Shown piece by piece: positions 63,986 through 64,000 of a stretch of 64,000 nt of DNA (position 1 is its first letter; each line of letters opens with the position of its first letter). Both the position numbers and the translations under genes were made by a program. This DNA is from Lingula anatina (taxonomy: Eukaryota; Animalia; Brachiopoda): contig CM120649.1 in the NCBI GenBank assembly GCA_051362555.1, forward strand, positions 18,242,567-18,306,566. The letters are read 5' to 3'. The notes under the pieces were generated by a model that saw only the letters and a list, made by a program, of their open reading frames with translations, did no database searches and was not told where the DNA came from.

Positions 63986-64000
63986 AAGAAATATTTAATT

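Noticed and set aside
1-64000. tRNA, rRNA or known miRNA/snRNA genes
   Set aside because: None were recognised by eye; an Infernal/Rfam and tRNAscan-SE search would be needed to exclude them.

Overview
This is AT-rich, intron-rich eukaryotic (animal) genomic DNA, not prokaryotic. The gene content is compatible with an invertebrate, possibly a lophotrochozoan or mollusc, but that is inference. Seven spliced protein-coding loci can be reconstructed by hand from GT-AG boundaries with consistent intron phases. (1) SCHIP1 (+, 5' truncated, to 21501). (2) A CE4/NodB chitin-deacetylase-like gene (-, 25284-36843) carrying a 1.2-kb Gln-rich exon. (3,4) Two tandem PAN-TSP1-PAN modules (-, 40126-41980 and 46674-50873). 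(5) A short RING + B-box (TRIM-like) gene (-). (6) An unknown gene with a PIP-box-like motif (-), lying head-to-head with (7) glycerol kinase 5 (+, 3' truncated). The introns hold a decayed Tc1/mariner transposase, several MITE families and microsatellites. The most notable observations are the polyQ-deacetylase architecture, the duplicated PAN-TSP1-PAN module in which one exon is homogenised and only one leader exon was found, three tandem duplications that copy splice sites, and a probable internal promoter with an alternative N-terminus in SCHIP1. All coordinates were read by eye, and no database searches were run.
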